DNA of 64,000 bases from Deltaproteobacteria bacterium (GTDB lineage: Bacteria > Desulfobacterota > GWC2-55-46 > DRQE01), in contig JAOUFM010000002.1 of assembly GCA_029858205.1 (NCBI GenBank), positions 91,176 to 155,175 on the forward strand, read 5' to 3'. This document shows positions 10,166 to 21,815 of this stretch, in pieces. A model generated the notes under the pieces. The model did no database searches, was not told the origin of the DNA, and saw only the letters and a list, made by a program, of their open reading frames with translations. Made by a program: the position numbers and the translations under genes. Numbering within the stretch: position 1 is the first letter of the stretch; each line of letters opens with the position of its first letter.

Positions 10166-10999
10166 ATGACGACACGCGCACTTACCATCCTGCTGATACC
10201 GGCAATCTGCCTGGCGCTTTCGCTGCCCCACGAGGCTTCGGCAGGCGACAGACTTAAACTTTTCGAGCAAAGCGCCACCTCACACACGCACGCACAGTCC
10301 GAAAACCAGGGCTCCGTGGACATCAACGCTACTAGCATGTCTGTCGCGTCATCGGAAGACAGCAGTTTATGCTACGCTTTACCAGAACTCTGCGCCACAG
10401 CGATAATAGCTACGGCAACCGTCGCCGCCCTTATATACGGCGGAGCAGGAAGCCTTGATTACGCGGCAGGCTCTGACCTTACCGATATTGCCTCGGACGG
10501 CGCACGGGATTTCGGAGAGAGCGTTGTCCCATTTTTGCGGCTCGACGTAAACCGCGGCTACATACCGGGAAATATCTCGGCAATAGACGCCAGGGCAGAG
10601 GCCGGGTTCGGCCCCCTTGCCTTCGAGATACAAAAAACCTTTTACAATGAAAACGCGCCATCCCACTCTCTTGTTATCACAAAAAAACACGGCCTCTTTC
10701 GCATGCTCTTTCTGCCGCAGATAGAAGCCGACATAGGGCTCGGCTCGGTCAGAATCAAAGGCACCGAAACAAACACAGGGCATTCCTTTACCGCCCGCGT
10801 TCTCATATATCCTATAAAGGACATTGGCATCGAAGTGCGGCCCGTGTGGTACACCATAAACGGCAACCATACTGCAGAGGGCGACGTTTCTATAAACGCA
10901 GGACTTGGCTACGTCATGCTCCGCGCAGGATACCACTGGATGACGACCACGAGAGAGCCGCTAAACGGATACTTCGTCGGCGTATCCGCTGTCTTTTAG
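10166..10999 (+). CDS. hypothetical secreted protein, possible outer-membrane beta-barrel
   Basis: Signal peptide and a C-terminal ...VSAVF ending in Phe. No recognisable domain. Confidence 0.45.
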   Translation: MTTRALTILLIPAICLALSLPHEASAGDRLKLFEQSATSHTHAQSENQGSVDINATSMSVASSEDSSLCYALPELCATAIIATATVAALIYGGAGSLDYAAGSDLTDIASDGARDFGESVVPFLRLDVNRGYIPGNISAIDARAEAGFGPLAFEIQKTFYNENAPSHSLVITKKHGLFRMLFLPQIEADIGLGSVRIKGTETNTGHSFTARVLIYPIKDIGIEVRPVWYTINGNHTAEGDVSINAGLGYVMLRAGYHWMTTTREPLNGYFVGVSAVF

Positions 11000-11010
11000 A
11001 TAAAACCCTA

Positions 11011-11379
11011 TCAGGCCTTGAAGGTCAAAAGAAGGGCAAGCGTCAGGGCAAAGCTCAAGCCAAAGCAGCATGCGGCCGAAATTGCAAAGCGCTTTGGCGG
11101 GGTTATGGGCACGTCGAGGCTACGGGTTGCGGCAATGAAAAATCTTTCTACGAGCGCGAATACAGAGGCCGCGACACAAAGCACACCGAGGCCCCATACA
11201 ATCTCATACCCCAGAAAGAAAAGCGCCACAGGGATAACCATATTAAGCGCGGCCCACGAAAACATACGGGCAAGAACGCGGCACGTAACCATGCGAAAGC
11301 AGGCTACGTCGTCCGCAATAATAACCACGGCAAAACCCGCATATAGAACAAATGCTATTATAAAAACTATCTTGGTCAC
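11011..11379 (-). CDS. small hydrophobic membrane protein
   Basis: Three or four TM helices, same strand as nth and downstream of it. An antisense ORF on the plus strand is judged spurious. Confidence 0.4.
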   Translation of the reverse strand: MTKIVFIIAFVLYAGFAVVIIADDVACFRMVTCRVLARMFSWAALNMVIPVALFFLGYEIVWGLGVLCVAASVFALVERFFIAATRSLDVPITPPKRFAISAACCFGLSFALTLALLLTFKA

Positions 11380-11383
11380 CTAG

Positions 11384-12061
11384 CTACCTCCTTTTCCCCA
11401 CCCCTACGCGCTTACAGTATTTGAATATTGCGCACTCCGAGCAGCGCGGGCTAACAGGAGTACAAATATTTTGCCCGTATGCGACAAGATAGTCGTTAAT
11501 CGGTATCCAGTAACGGCCCGGCAGTTTCTTCCTTAACGCAAACTCGGTTGCTTCCGGGTTCTTCGTCCTCACATAACCCCAACGGTTCGTAATCCGATGC
11601 ACATGCACGTCAACACAGATACCGGGCTTGCCAAAACCCAGCGTAACGACAAGATTAGCGGTCTTTCTGCCGACCCCTTTAAGGGTGAGAAGCTCATCGA
11701 TTGAATCCGGCACACTGCCGTTATATTTCTTGATTATATCAAGAGAAAGATTCCTTATTACCTTTGCCTTTGTCCTGTAGAACCCGGCCGGGTAGATGAG
11801 CTTTTCAATTACTACGGGCGTAAGTGCTGCCATTTTGGCCAAAGTCTTTGCCCTCTCGAAGAGCCTTGCCGACGCTCTTGCCGTAACATCGTCCTTTGTC
11901 CTCAAGCTTATAACGCATGACACGAGCACGCGAAACGGGTCTTTTGTCCTTTCGGACACGACCGTAACGGCCGGTGTCTTAAGCCGTGAGTATTCTTTTT
12001 TAAGGATGGAAAAAACTTTTATGAGGTCGGCATTGCGCATACGGTAAATTCTATCATACAC
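11384..12061 (-). CDS. nth: endonuclease III (HhH-GPD DNA glycosylase with 4Fe-4S cluster)
   Basis: HhH-GPD motif (LKGVGRKTANLV) and C-terminal Cys cluster CTPVSPRCSECAIFKYC. Confidence 0.9.
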   Translation of the reverse strand: MYDRIYRMRNADLIKVFSILKKEYSRLKTPAVTVVSERTKDPFRVLVSCVISLRTKDDVTARASARLFERAKTLAKMAALTPVVIEKLIYPAGFYRTKAKVIRNLSLDIIKKYNGSVPDSIDELLTLKGVGRKTANLVVTLGFGKPGICVDVHVHRITNRWGYVRTKNPEATEFALRKKLPGRYWIPINDYLVAYGQNICTPVSPRCSECAIFKYCKRVGVGKRR

Positions 12062-12069
12062 GCACTGCT

Positions 12070-12110
12070 AAAATAAACAGAGGGAACCTTCCTCTAAGAA
12101 AGGTTCCCTC
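12070..12110 (-). terminator. rho-independent terminator of groESL
   Basis: On the minus strand, an 11-bp stem GAGGGAACCTT/AAGGTTCCCTC is followed by TGTTTATTTT. Confidence 0.6.
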
Positions 12111-12177
12111 AAATTATCCGTTCTTCTATATTCTGCTTACCGCGAAACCTTCCTTGGAAGGTTTCGCGGTACCTTAC

Positions 12178-13872
<1,695 letters not shown>

Positions 13873-14163
13873 TTAGCCCTCGACAACGCCGAGGATGTCT
13901 TCTTCCCTCATTATGAGGAGCTCTTCGCCCTTCACCTTGATTTCCGTGCCCGCGTACTTGGAGAATATCACCTTGTCGCCCTTTTTGACGTTAAGCGGGG
14001 TGACCTTGCCGGTCTCATCCGACTTGCCCGGGCCTGCTGCGATAATCGTGCCCTCTGCCGGGGCCTCTTTTGCGGTATCCGGGATGATGATGCCTCCCTT
14101 TGTCACTTCCTCTTCCGCGAGCCTTTTCACTATCACGCGGTCATGTAGCGGTCTGATCTTCAT
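13873..14163 (-). CDS. groS: co-chaperonin GroES
   Basis: Cpn10 sequence [14 protein letters not shown]... Confidence 0.97.
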   Translation of the reverse strand: MKIRPLHDRVIVKRLAEEEVTKGGIIIPDTAKEAPAEGTIIAAGPGKSDETGKVTPLNVKKGDKVIFSKYAGTEIKVKGEELLIMREEDILGVVEG

Positions 14164-14448
14164 TACATTTTCCTCCTTTTGATTTATGTGCTATTTTTCT
14201 TAAATAAAACCGCCCCACGATAGATAATGGGGCGAAGCCGCACTCGTGCGGGGAAAGCCTTAACAAATATAGGGTCAGTAACTGCTTTTGTCAAGGGGTA
14301 TTTTGGCAGACGGGCGGCAAGCCTGCCAAGTTGCTGATTTTAGAGTGGTTTTTTGAACATGTTGACAAAAAACTTGCCGGGGCAGCCTTGTTTTCCATCT
14401 CAAAGGCCGCCCCGGCAGCTGCGGGGAGGAGGGCGCAGAAGAAGACGC

Positions 14449-16590
14449 CTATTTTGCTGTCTTTGCCGCGAGCTTCACAAGCTTTACGAACTCAGCCCTG
14501 TACCCGGACTTGTCTTCGCCCTTTGAGGACGCGGCAAGCCTTGCAACGTCTTCGAGCGTATAATCACCAGTATACCTGCCGCCTTTAAGTATCTCGCCAA
14601 ATGCCGCAACAGATGCTGCAAACCTCGACTCAACAGGCGCAGCCTCGACTGTCCGCGCTTCATCCTTTACGGTGATGGCCTTCTCTAATTCGCGCCCGGT
14701 CTTTTCACCAGGGACCTTATAGCGCAGCCTAAGATACGCATAGTCGGTTTTGTTTCCACTGATTTTTTTGCCTTCGCCCTCATCCGAGCCGTAGCGAAGC
14801 GGCTCTACGAGCGCGGCCTTCGAGCCAACGGGCGTGATTTCATATATGGCCGTCACAGCATGACCGCTTCCGATGTCTCCTGCATCGACCTTGTCGTTAC
14901 GGAAATCCTCGCGGTTTAGCATCCTTGTTTCGTACCCTATCAGCCTGTACTCCGCGACCATAGCCGGGTTGAACTCAATCTGGATTTTTACGTCATTGGC
15001 AATCGTAAAGAGCGTTGAGGCAGCCTCCTCGACAAGCGCCTTTCTTGCCTCGTCTATTGTATCTATGTAGGCCGCGTTGCCGTTACCATAGTGCGCGAGC
15101 TTTTGCATGAGCTCGTCGTTATAGTTGCCCTCGCCAAAACCGAGCACAGAGAGATACACGCCCGTTTCCCTCTTATTCTCGATGTAGCTTTGAAGCTCGT
15201 TCGTATTCGTTATGCCGACGTTAAAGTCTCCGTCTGTTGCGAGTATCACTCTATTGACGGCCTTCTTATCGAAGTTCTCCTCTGCAAGCGAGTACGCAAG
15301 CTTTAAGCCCGCTCCGCCTGCTGTCGAGCCGCCGGCCTGGAGCCTTTCGAGTGCATTATATATCTTTGTCTTCTCCGCTGCCTTCGTGGGCTCAAGCACA
15401 ACGCCGGCTGCTCCTGCGTACACGGCAATGGCAACGGTATCGTTCTTATCAAGCTCTCCGACAAGGAGCTTTAGAGAGCTTACGAGAAGCGGAAGCTTAT
15501 CAGGGCTGTTCATGGAGCCCGACACGTCCACAAGAAACACAAGGTTGGCCCTCGGCTTTTCCCTGCTTACGATGTCATAGCCCTTTATGCCTATGTGCAC
15601 GAGCTTTTTATCCTTGTCCCAAGGAGAGGGCATCACGGAAACATTGGGCAAAAACGGCTTGGACCTGCTGCCCGGAAGCTCGTAGTCGTAGTCGAAGTAG
15701 TTTATGAGTTCCTCTGTGCGCACTGCGTCAGCTTGGGGCCAATGGCCCTCGCGAATGCTGCGTCTTACGAATGCGTAGGATGCCGTGTCAACGTCTATGG
15801 AGAAGGTCGAGACAGGCTCGTCCTTTGCGACTTTTACCGGGTTTATTTCCTTGTGCTCGAACTTATTTCTGCCTTCATCCTTATAATACTGCGGCTTTGC
15901 CTCAACAGGCACTGTAGACGGCGACATCAGATAATGTCGGCCCTCATCGCCCGCCACCTTTTCCTTCTTCGCAAGCAAGCCGACCTTTGCCCGCGAATCC
16001 GCAAAAGGAGCTGCGGACGAAACCTTGGCATCCATAGATTCCGTAGCCATTTCATCCATGCTTATGTCTCCACGACCTTCGCCTGCCGCAAAATCCGCCT
16101 TTGGCGCGACAACACCGTGAATCTCTTTATCTGCCGGCACAGGCGGAGCAGACTTTGCCACGGCAACAGACGGCGGTACGGAAACCTGCTTACCCACATC
16201 GCCTGCCGGATAACGAAGCGGCGCATCCTGCTTTGCCTCCGGGGCAGACGCTACCGTAGACGGCCTCTTTACATCGACCTCTGCCGGAGCGCTTGCAACC
16301 GTAACTATTTTACCTGACTTAAACTGCGGCATAATGAACGCAAACCCTACGACCAGAACCAGTACTGCTGCTGCCATGCCTGTAAGCGCCTTCATAACGG
16401 GTATACCTCCAAAGAATTTATTTATACCCGTTGGACGCTCCTCGTCCTCAAAAGCTTTGGCAGCCTTCGACCTTTTCTTCGCGGCGTCGAATTCCTCCAT
16501 CGCAGCCTTTATGCTTTCGTCCTTCTTCTTGTCGTCCGGAAGCGGCACGTTCATATCCTTTAGCAATTTTTCTATGTCGCTCTTCTTCAT
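14449..16590 (-). CDS. membrane anti-sigma factor with large periplasmic region ending in a von Willebrand factor A (VWA) domain
   Basis: Cytoplasmic N-terminus, a single TM segment (AAVLVLVVGFAFI) and a MIDAS motif (VFLVDVSGSM). The 4-nt ATGA overlap with the upstream ECF sigma gene indicates coupling. Confidence 0.75.
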   Translation of the reverse strand: MKKSDIEKLLKDMNVPLPDDKKKDESIKAAMEEFDAAKKRSKAAKAFEDEERPTGINKFFGGIPVMKALTGMAAAVLVLVVGFAFIMPQFKSGKIVTVASAPAEVDVKRPSTVASAPEAKQDAPLRYPAGDVGKQVSVPPSVAVAKSAPPVPADKEIHGVVAPKADFAAGEGRGDISMDEMATESMDAKVSSAAPFADSRAKVGLLAKKEKVAGDEGRHYLMSPSTVPVEAKPQYYKDEGRNKFEHKEINPVKVAKDEPVSTFSIDVDTASYAFVRRSIREGHWPQADAVRTEELINYFDYDYELPGSRSKPFLPNVSVMPSPWDKDKKLVHIGIKGYDIVSREKPRANLVFLVDVSGSMNSPDKLPLLVSSLKLLVGELDKNDTVAIAVYAGAAGVVLEPTKAAEKTKIYNALERLQAGGSTAGGAGLKLAYSLAEENFDKKAVNRVILATDGDFNVGITNTNELQSYIENKRETGVYLSVLGFGEGNYNDELMQKLAHYGNGNAAYIDTIDEARKALVEEAASTLFTIANDVKIQIEFNPAMVAEYRLIGYETRMLNREDFRNDKVDAGDIGSGHAVTAIYEITPVGSKAALVEPLRYGSDEGEGKKISGNKTDYAYLRLRYKVPGEKTGRELEKAITVKDEARTVEAAPVESRFAASVAAFGEILKGGRYTGDYTLEDVARLAASSKGEDKSGYRAEFVKLVKLAAKTAK

Positions 16591-17138
16591 GCCCCGGCCC
16601 CTTTCTCAAGCATCTCCGAGAGCCTGCGCTTTGCCTCGAACACGCGCCAGGCAACTGTCGTAACGGCGCACCCGAGAACCTTCGCCGCCTCTGCGTGGCT
16701 AAGCCCCTCGCTTACAACCAAAAGGAGCGCGTCCTTTAGTTTATCCGAGAGCCTGCCTATCGCAGCCATGAGCGCGTCCTTTTCCTCGCTTCTCTCAGGG
16801 ATACCCTCATCGGCTGCTGACGCGCCGAGGCTCTCGCTTACATACGCTTCCTCATACTTTCTCTTAACCGAATTCCTTCTGTGAAAATCCTTTGCCGCGT
16901 TAACGGTAACCCTGTAGAGCCAGGTCTTTACGTCCGATTCGCTCCTGAAGGTGTCTATCGATCTCGCAAGCTTCATAAGGGATTCCTGGGTAATGTCCTC
17001 TGCGTCTGCCTTTACGCCGGACCACTTGAAGGCAGTACGGTAGATAAGCCCGTAGTGGCGCTCGGCAAAGAGGCCAAACGCCTCCCTGTCGCCCGAGGCG
17101 GCCATTTTTACGAGCTCTATGTCAGAGACCCCTGTCAT
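16587..17138 (-). CDS. ECF-type RNA polymerase sigma factor (sigma-70 regions 2 and 4)
   Basis: Sigma70_r2 (IYRTAFKWSG...DITQESLMK) and r4 (LSHAEAAKVLGCAVTTV). Confidence 0.85.
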   Translation of the reverse strand: MTGVSDIELVKMAASGDREAFGLFAERHYGLIYRTAFKWSGVKADAEDITQESLMKLARSIDTFRSESDVKTWLYRVTVNAAKDFHRRNSVKRKYEEAYVSESLGASAADEGIPERSEEKDALMAAIGRLSDKLKDALLLVVSEGLSHAEAAKVLGCAVTTVAWRVFEAKRRLSEMLEKGAGA

Positions 17139-17264
17139 CGGCTATAGCTCCGTATATTGGACGCGTGAAAAAGGAAAACCTTTGATTTTTTGTTGGAGGC
17201 GACGCGACAGCGCCGAAATCCCTTATTTTTCAAGATATTAGAAAGGCCAAAGGCGGGCTCGCCA

Positions 17265-17924
17265 CTAACGCTTAATCTTTACCGACTCTATTATGCCAAA
17301 GAAATCTTCGTTAAAGGTGTCGGTGCCGGTCTGCGGGCCCATAAATGATATAACAAACGCAGAGGACCCTCTGGGAACAAGGTATATGCGCATAAAGGTC
17401 TTGTAGCTTCTGCCATCGTTAGTGAATACCGAGTACGCGGCCTCTGCCACCGCGGCAGTCATGCCATCCACGGTCGAATCCATTACCCCGCTTAATATGG
17501 AAAACTCATAAAACACGTCCTCGTATTTATCAAGGAGCATGGTGAGCAGTTCCTTTGCCCCCTTACCGGAAACAGCGCCAAGCGGCACCATGATGACCTG
17601 CGCCGAAGTATTCAAGCTCTCGTAGCCATCGTCATGTTTTACCATGACGACAAGAGGGGCCTCGGCTTTTTCCTTTATCTTTTTATCGGTCTCCTCGTCG
17701 CCGAGCCTGACGCGGTCCCTGTTCCTTTTTATCGTTTCGGATGAAAGAAACCGCCAGGACGGCGGCTTTTCTATCGAGAACCCGGCTGCGGCATTTGAAA
17801 ACCTGTTTGCAGGCGGCTCTTCGCCGTAACAAACCACGGCAGCCGAAAAAATCAACCCGGCAGATATAGCAGCCAGCAAACCTCGAATCCCCATATAAGC
17901 GCCTGTCCCCTGCCTGTAACCCAA
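17265..17924 (-). CDS. hypothetical periplasmic protein
   Basis: Signal peptide. The true start is probably the internal Met at MGIRGLLAAISAG. Confidence 0.4.
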   Translation of the reverse strand: MGYRQGTGAYMGIRGLLAAISAGLIFSAAVVCYGEEPPANRFSNAAAGFSIEKPPSWRFLSSETIKRNRDRVRLGDEETDKKIKEKAEAPLVVMVKHDDGYESLNTSAQVIMVPLGAVSGKGAKELLTMLLDKYEDVFYEFSILSGVMDSTVDGMTAAVAEAAYSVFTNDGRSYKTFMRIYLVPRGSSAFVISFMGPQTGTDTFNEDFFGIIESVKIKR

Positions 17925-17932
17925 AAGGCCTT

Positions 17933-19744
17933 TTAATCCTTCTTCGTAACCCTTATGGAAAGCTCATCAAGCTGCTTTTTATCGACCTCGCCCGGGGCCT
18001 CGCTCATGGGGCAAAAGCCCTTTTGGGTCTTTGGGAAGGCTATGACGTCGCGAATCGACTCGCTTGCAGTCATTATGGCTATCAGGCGGTCGAGGCCAAA
18101 TGCTATGCCGCCGTGCGGCGGCGTGCCGAAGCTAAGCGCGTCAAGAAGGAAGCCGAACTTCTGCCTTGCCTCTGCTTCTCCTATGCCGAGAAGCCCGAAT
18201 ATCTTCGACTGCACAGCACTCGAATGTATCCTTATCGAGCCTCCGCCTATCTCGCTTCCGTTTAGCACAAGGTCGTAGGCCTTTGCTCTGGCAGAAAGCA
18301 TGCCGTCCTTGTTGGAGGAGTCGAGCTTGTCGACATCCTCGTCAAGCGGCGAGGTAAAGGGATGGTGCATGGCCTGAAAACGCTTTTCGTCGTCGTTATA
18401 CTCGAACATCGGAAAGTCCGTTACCCAGACGAAGTTATAGCCGGTCTTCGGAAGCACGGAAAGCCTTCTTGCCATCTCAAGCCTTAATCTTCCGAGCACG
18501 GTGTTTACGATACCTGGCTTATCTGCGGAGAAAAGAAGCAGATCTCCCTTCTTTGCCTCGAGCGTCTTTTCTATCGCGGCCTTTTCATCGTCCTTAAAAA
18601 ACTTTGCAATAGGCGACTGCCAGCCTTCGTCAGTCAATTTCACCCACGCAAGCCCCTTTGCGCCGTACACCGCCGCAAATGCCGTCAGGTCATCAAGGTC
18701 CTTTCTGGATAAAGTTGCTCCGCCGGAAGCATTTATGGCCTTTACAAGTCCTCCGGAACTTGCGACTTCGGCAAAGACCTTCAAGCCGCAGCCCCTTGCT
18801 ATGGAGGTTAAATCCTTAAGCTCCATTCCAAAACGCGTATCAGGCGCGTCGAGACCGAACCTGCCCACAGCGTCTGCGTAACTAAGCCTCGGTATGGGCA
18901 ACTTTACCTCCACACCCATAACCTCCTTAAAGACCGTTGCCATCAGCCCTTCCATACACTCGATGACGTCGTCTTTCTCGACAAAGCTCATCTCCGCGTC
19001 TATCTGCGTGAACTCGGGCTGGCGGTCTGCCCTAAGGTCCTCGTCTCGAAAGCACTTTACGATTTGAAAGTAACGGTCATACCCCGATATCATTAGTATC
19101 TGCTTGAATATCTGCGGGGACTGGGGAAGAGCGAAGAACGCGCCCTTGGTTAAGCGGCTTGGCACGAGAAAGTCCCTTGCGCCCTCGGGCGTGCTCTTTG
19201 TTAGCATCGGGGTTTCCATCTCGAGAAAACCCCTGGCAGAGAGGTAGTTCCTCGCTATCATGGCGACCTGGTGTCTTAGCATGAGGTTGAACTGGAGCTT
19301 TGGCCTTCTAAGGTCAAGATAGCGATACTTTAGCCGCACGTCCTCTCCGGCATCGGTGTCATCCTCGACCATGAACGGCAACGTTGCGGCATCGCTAAGG
19401 ATTTTAAGCTCCGAGCACTTTACCTCTATCTTTCCGGTCTTAAGCTCCTGGTTCTCGGTGCCCTCCGGGCGCGGCGATATAGCGCCCTTTACCGCGATGA
19501 CGAACTCGTTACGTATGGAATGCGCCTTTTTATGCGCATCTGGCTGCTCTTCCGGATTGAACACCAGCTGCACCAGGCCGCTTCTGTCGCGCATATCCAC
19601 GAATATCAGCCCCCCGTGGTCGCGCCTACGCTGGACCCAGCCCATCAGCGTTACCGTGTCGCCGGCCTTTAACGCGGCCGAATCGGCAGCGTAACAACTC
19701 CTTTTCCATCCTCCGAGACTTTCCAAGGCAATACCTCCGCACAA
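17933..19744 (-). CDS. aspS: aspartate--tRNA ligase
   Basis: Class II aaRS motifs FRDEDLR and GGGSIRIH; 603 aa. Confidence 0.95.
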   Translation of the reverse strand: MCGGIALESLGGWKRSCYAADSAALKAGDTVTLMGWVQRRRDHGGLIFVDMRDRSGLVQLVFNPEEQPDAHKKAHSIRNEFVIAVKGAISPRPEGTENQELKTGKIEVKCSELKILSDAATLPFMVEDDTDAGEDVRLKYRYLDLRRPKLQFNLMLRHQVAMIARNYLSARGFLEMETPMLTKSTPEGARDFLVPSRLTKGAFFALPQSPQIFKQILMISGYDRYFQIVKCFRDEDLRADRQPEFTQIDAEMSFVEKDDVIECMEGLMATVFKEVMGVEVKLPIPRLSYADAVGRFGLDAPDTRFGMELKDLTSIARGCGLKVFAEVASSGGLVKAINASGGATLSRKDLDDLTAFAAVYGAKGLAWVKLTDEGWQSPIAKFFKDDEKAAIEKTLEAKKGDLLLFSADKPGIVNTVLGRLRLEMARRLSVLPKTGYNFVWVTDFPMFEYNDDEKRFQAMHHPFTSPLDEDVDKLDSSNKDGMLSARAKAYDLVLNGSEIGGGSIRIHSSAVQSKIFGLLGIGEAEARQKFGFLLDALSFGTPPHGGIAFGLDRLIAIMTASESIRDVIAFPKTQKGFCPMSEAPGEVDKKQLDELSIRVTKKD

Positions 19745-19856
19745 ACTCTATTTACGGCGGCCAAGACCGAAACAAGACCGGCACACCGCCATACCAAGCC
19801 TAATTATATACCATAATATCCGGTTTCATTGCAATCGGCAAAGCAGTATTTTTAGC

Positions 19857-19887
19857 TTGACAAAAGACCCGTATGTCTGGATATAAT
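19857..19887 (+). promoter_or_regulatory. candidate sigma70 promoter of the cytochrome c7 gene pair
   Basis: TTGACA and TATAAT hexamers separated by 19 nt. A roughly 75-nt 5' UTR ends in AAGGAGG-N6-ATG. Confidence 0.35.
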
Positions 19888-19964
19888 AGGGGCACTATTG
19901 CTTCCCTGCCGGAAATAAAAAACTAAGATATTCGATTGTTTATAAATAAGAAGGAGGATATTTA

Positions 19965-20312
19965 ATGAAGACAAAAATATTTTTAGCGCTTCTCTTGGCC
20001 GGCATCCTTGGCGCGTTTCTCATGCCGAGCCCGTCCGAGGCCGAGTACGGCGACATCGTAATGGAAGGCAAGGCCGAGGCGGTAAAGGCCGGCGGCGTCA
20101 ACCAGGTCGTGTTCCCGCACTGGTTCCACAGGATAAGGTTCAAGTGCAAGGTGTGCCACGAAGAGATATTCATAATGAAGAAGGGCTCCAACGACATAAA
20201 CATGGGGCTCATAATGGAAGGCAAGTTCTGCGGAAAGTGCCACGACGGCAATATAGCATGGGCGGCCTTCGACTGCGCAAAGTGCCATTCGTATGAAGGC
20301 GCAGCAAAGTAA
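19965..20312 (+). CDS. periplasmic triheme cytochrome c7 (PpcA-like)
   Basis: Signal peptide, three CXXCH motifs (CKVCH, CGKCH, CAKCH) and FPHWFH resembling PpcA FPHKAH. Confidence 0.85.
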   Translation: MKTKIFLALLLAGILGAFLMPSPSEAEYGDIVMEGKAEAVKAGGVNQVVFPHWFHRIRFKCKVCHEEIFIMKKGSNDINMGLIMEGKFCGKCHDGNIAWAAFDCAKCHSYEGAAK

Positions 20313-20347
20313 CTCGCGCAAAAGCCAATCCAAGGAGGAATTTTATA

Positions 20348-21001
20348 ATGAAGGATAAAATCAACAGATCTCTTTCTCTTAAGGCGGCGCTCCTTGCCTT
20401 CGCCTTTATCGTTGCAGGATACATCGCCTACGCTCCGGTAAACGAGGCCGTGTCAGCGCAGAAAAAGGCCGACCCAAACGTATCGCCGGTGGTGGACCCG
20501 AAAAACCCCAATAGCGTACTCTACCTCGACAAGGCCGGAAACATCGCGGGCACAGGCGACCCGTCGAAGAAGGCGCCGGTAACGCACGTAATAGCGCTTT
20601 CCGACCCGAGCATACCGAAGGACAAATACGGCAACGCCGACTGGGTAAAGCTCGTAAACTCAGGCGCCATATCGCCAAAGGGCTCGCTCGACGGCGGAGA
20701 GGACATGCCGCCTCTAGACATGGACGTCATAATAAAGAGCAAGACACCGTCGGTAGGTGACGTGAAATACCCTCACTCCATACACACGTACTGGTTCACC
20801 TGCGACAACTGCCACCCTGCGATATTCATCCCTGCGGCAGGCACGAACAACATGAACATGGCGGGCATTGCCAAGGGAGAGTGGTGCGGAAAGTGTCACG
20901 GCAAGGTCGCCTTCGAGCTTAAGGATTGCGCAAGGTGCCACATACCCAAAAAGACAGAGGCCGCAGCGCCAGCAGCAGCCCCGGCAAAGAAAAAGAAGTA
21001 A
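20348..21001 (+). CDS. cytochrome c7-family triheme protein with 120-aa N-terminal extension and Ala/Pro/Lys-rich C-terminal tail
   Basis: C-terminal domain carries YPHSIH plus CDNCH, CGKCH and CARCH. Tail is AAAPAAAPAKKKK. Confidence 0.8.
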   Translation: MKDKINRSLSLKAALLAFAFIVAGYIAYAPVNEAVSAQKKADPNVSPVVDPKNPNSVLYLDKAGNIAGTGDPSKKAPVTHVIALSDPSIPKDKYGNADWVKLVNSGAISPKGSLDGGEDMPPLDMDVIIKSKTPSVGDVKYPHSIHTYWFTCDNCHPAIFIPAAGTNNMNMAGIAKGEWCGKCHGKVAFELKDCARCHIPKKTEAAAPAAAPAKKKK

Positions 21002-21040
21002 AACAGGCTTAAACCTCTACGCATTAAGATAAAATACAAA

Positions 21041-21070
21041 AGGGGCGGCATGAAGCCGCCCCTTTTTTTA
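21041..21070. terminator. bidirectional rho-independent terminator
   Basis: GGGGCGGC-atgaa-GCCGCCCC flanked by an A-tract upstream and T7 downstream. It lies between convergent genes. Confidence 0.75.
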
Positions 21071-21078
21071 TCCTGCTC

Positions 21079-21813
21079 TCAAGCCCTTAGAAGCGAGGCC
21101 GCTGCCTCGTCCGTAAACCATACAAGCTCGCCTTCAGAAAGCCGTATGCCGGAGGCCGGACAGTCGGCTATGGACACGTCCTTTGAAAGGGCCGTTTTAA
21201 GGGCTCCGGCCTTAACTTCGCCGCTTACGAGAAACGCGGCCGCATGGGCAGCGTTGGTAAGGCTAAATGTAGCGGTCACGCGCCATGAATCAAGGCGGTT
21301 TACGTAATTTCCGGCAACAAGCCGCTTATCTTCACTTAACGCCTTTGTGCCTGGAAATAGGGAAAGCGTGTGGCAGTCTTCGCCAAGCCCAAGCAGCACG
21401 AGGTCGAAGCGCGGCGTTTCTTTGGGGTCCGCGCAAAAAAACTCCCTTACCTCTGCCTCGTAGATGGCAGCGGCCTTTGCCGGCTCTTCCTCGCCCTTTA
21501 TACGGTGTATGTTTTTTTGATTTATGCCAAGCGGCAGGAAAAGCGCCTCATTGGCCATACGGAAATTACTGTCCTTACTACCAGGCGCAACGCACCTCTC
21601 GTCGCCAAAGAAGAAGTGAACCTTATTCCAATCAACTCGCCCTGCGTTTTCCTTTGACGCGAGAAGCCTGTACAAGAGAACCGGGGTTGAACCGCCAGAC
21701 AGTGCAACTGCAACACGCCCACTCTTTTCTATGGCAGCCACTGCCTTTTCAAAAAAGAACTCTGCCGCCTTATTACTTAAACCGTCGATGTCCTTTGAAA
21801 CCACGAGCCTCAT
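21079..21813 (-). CDS. pgl: 6-phosphogluconolactonase
   Basis: DevB/Pgl family. The real start is the ATG 2 nt after the glk stop (MRLVVSKD...), not the track start at 21852. Confidence 0.8.
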   Translation of the reverse strand: MRLVVSKDIDGLSNKAAEFFFEKAVAAIEKSGRVAVALSGGSTPVLLYRLLASKENAGRVDWNKVHFFFGDERCVAPGSKDSNFRMANEALFLPLGINQKNIHRIKGEEEPAKAAAIYEAEVREFFCADPKETPRFDLVLLGLGEDCHTLSLFPGTKALSEDKRLVAGNYVNRLDSWRVTATFSLTNAAHAAAFLVSGEVKAGALKTALSKDVSIADCPASGIRLSEGELVWFTDEAAASLLRA

Positions 21814-21815
21814 CT

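Noticed and set aside
14164-14330. Looked for a CIRCE (TTAGCACTC-N9-GAGTGCTAA) HrcA operator upstream of groES
   Set aside because: No CIRCE match on either strand. Only a short palindrome CCGCAC-TC-GTGCGG and a weak GG-N10-GC sigma54-like spacing that I do not trust.
15595-16317. 240-aa plus-strand Arg/Cys-rich ORF
   Set aside because: Antisense to the VWA anti-sigma gene. Composition typical of a GC-rich antisense frame.
21050-21307. 85-aa plus-strand ORF starting inside the bidirectional terminator
   Set aside because: The start codon lies in the hairpin loop, and the ORF is antisense to pgl.
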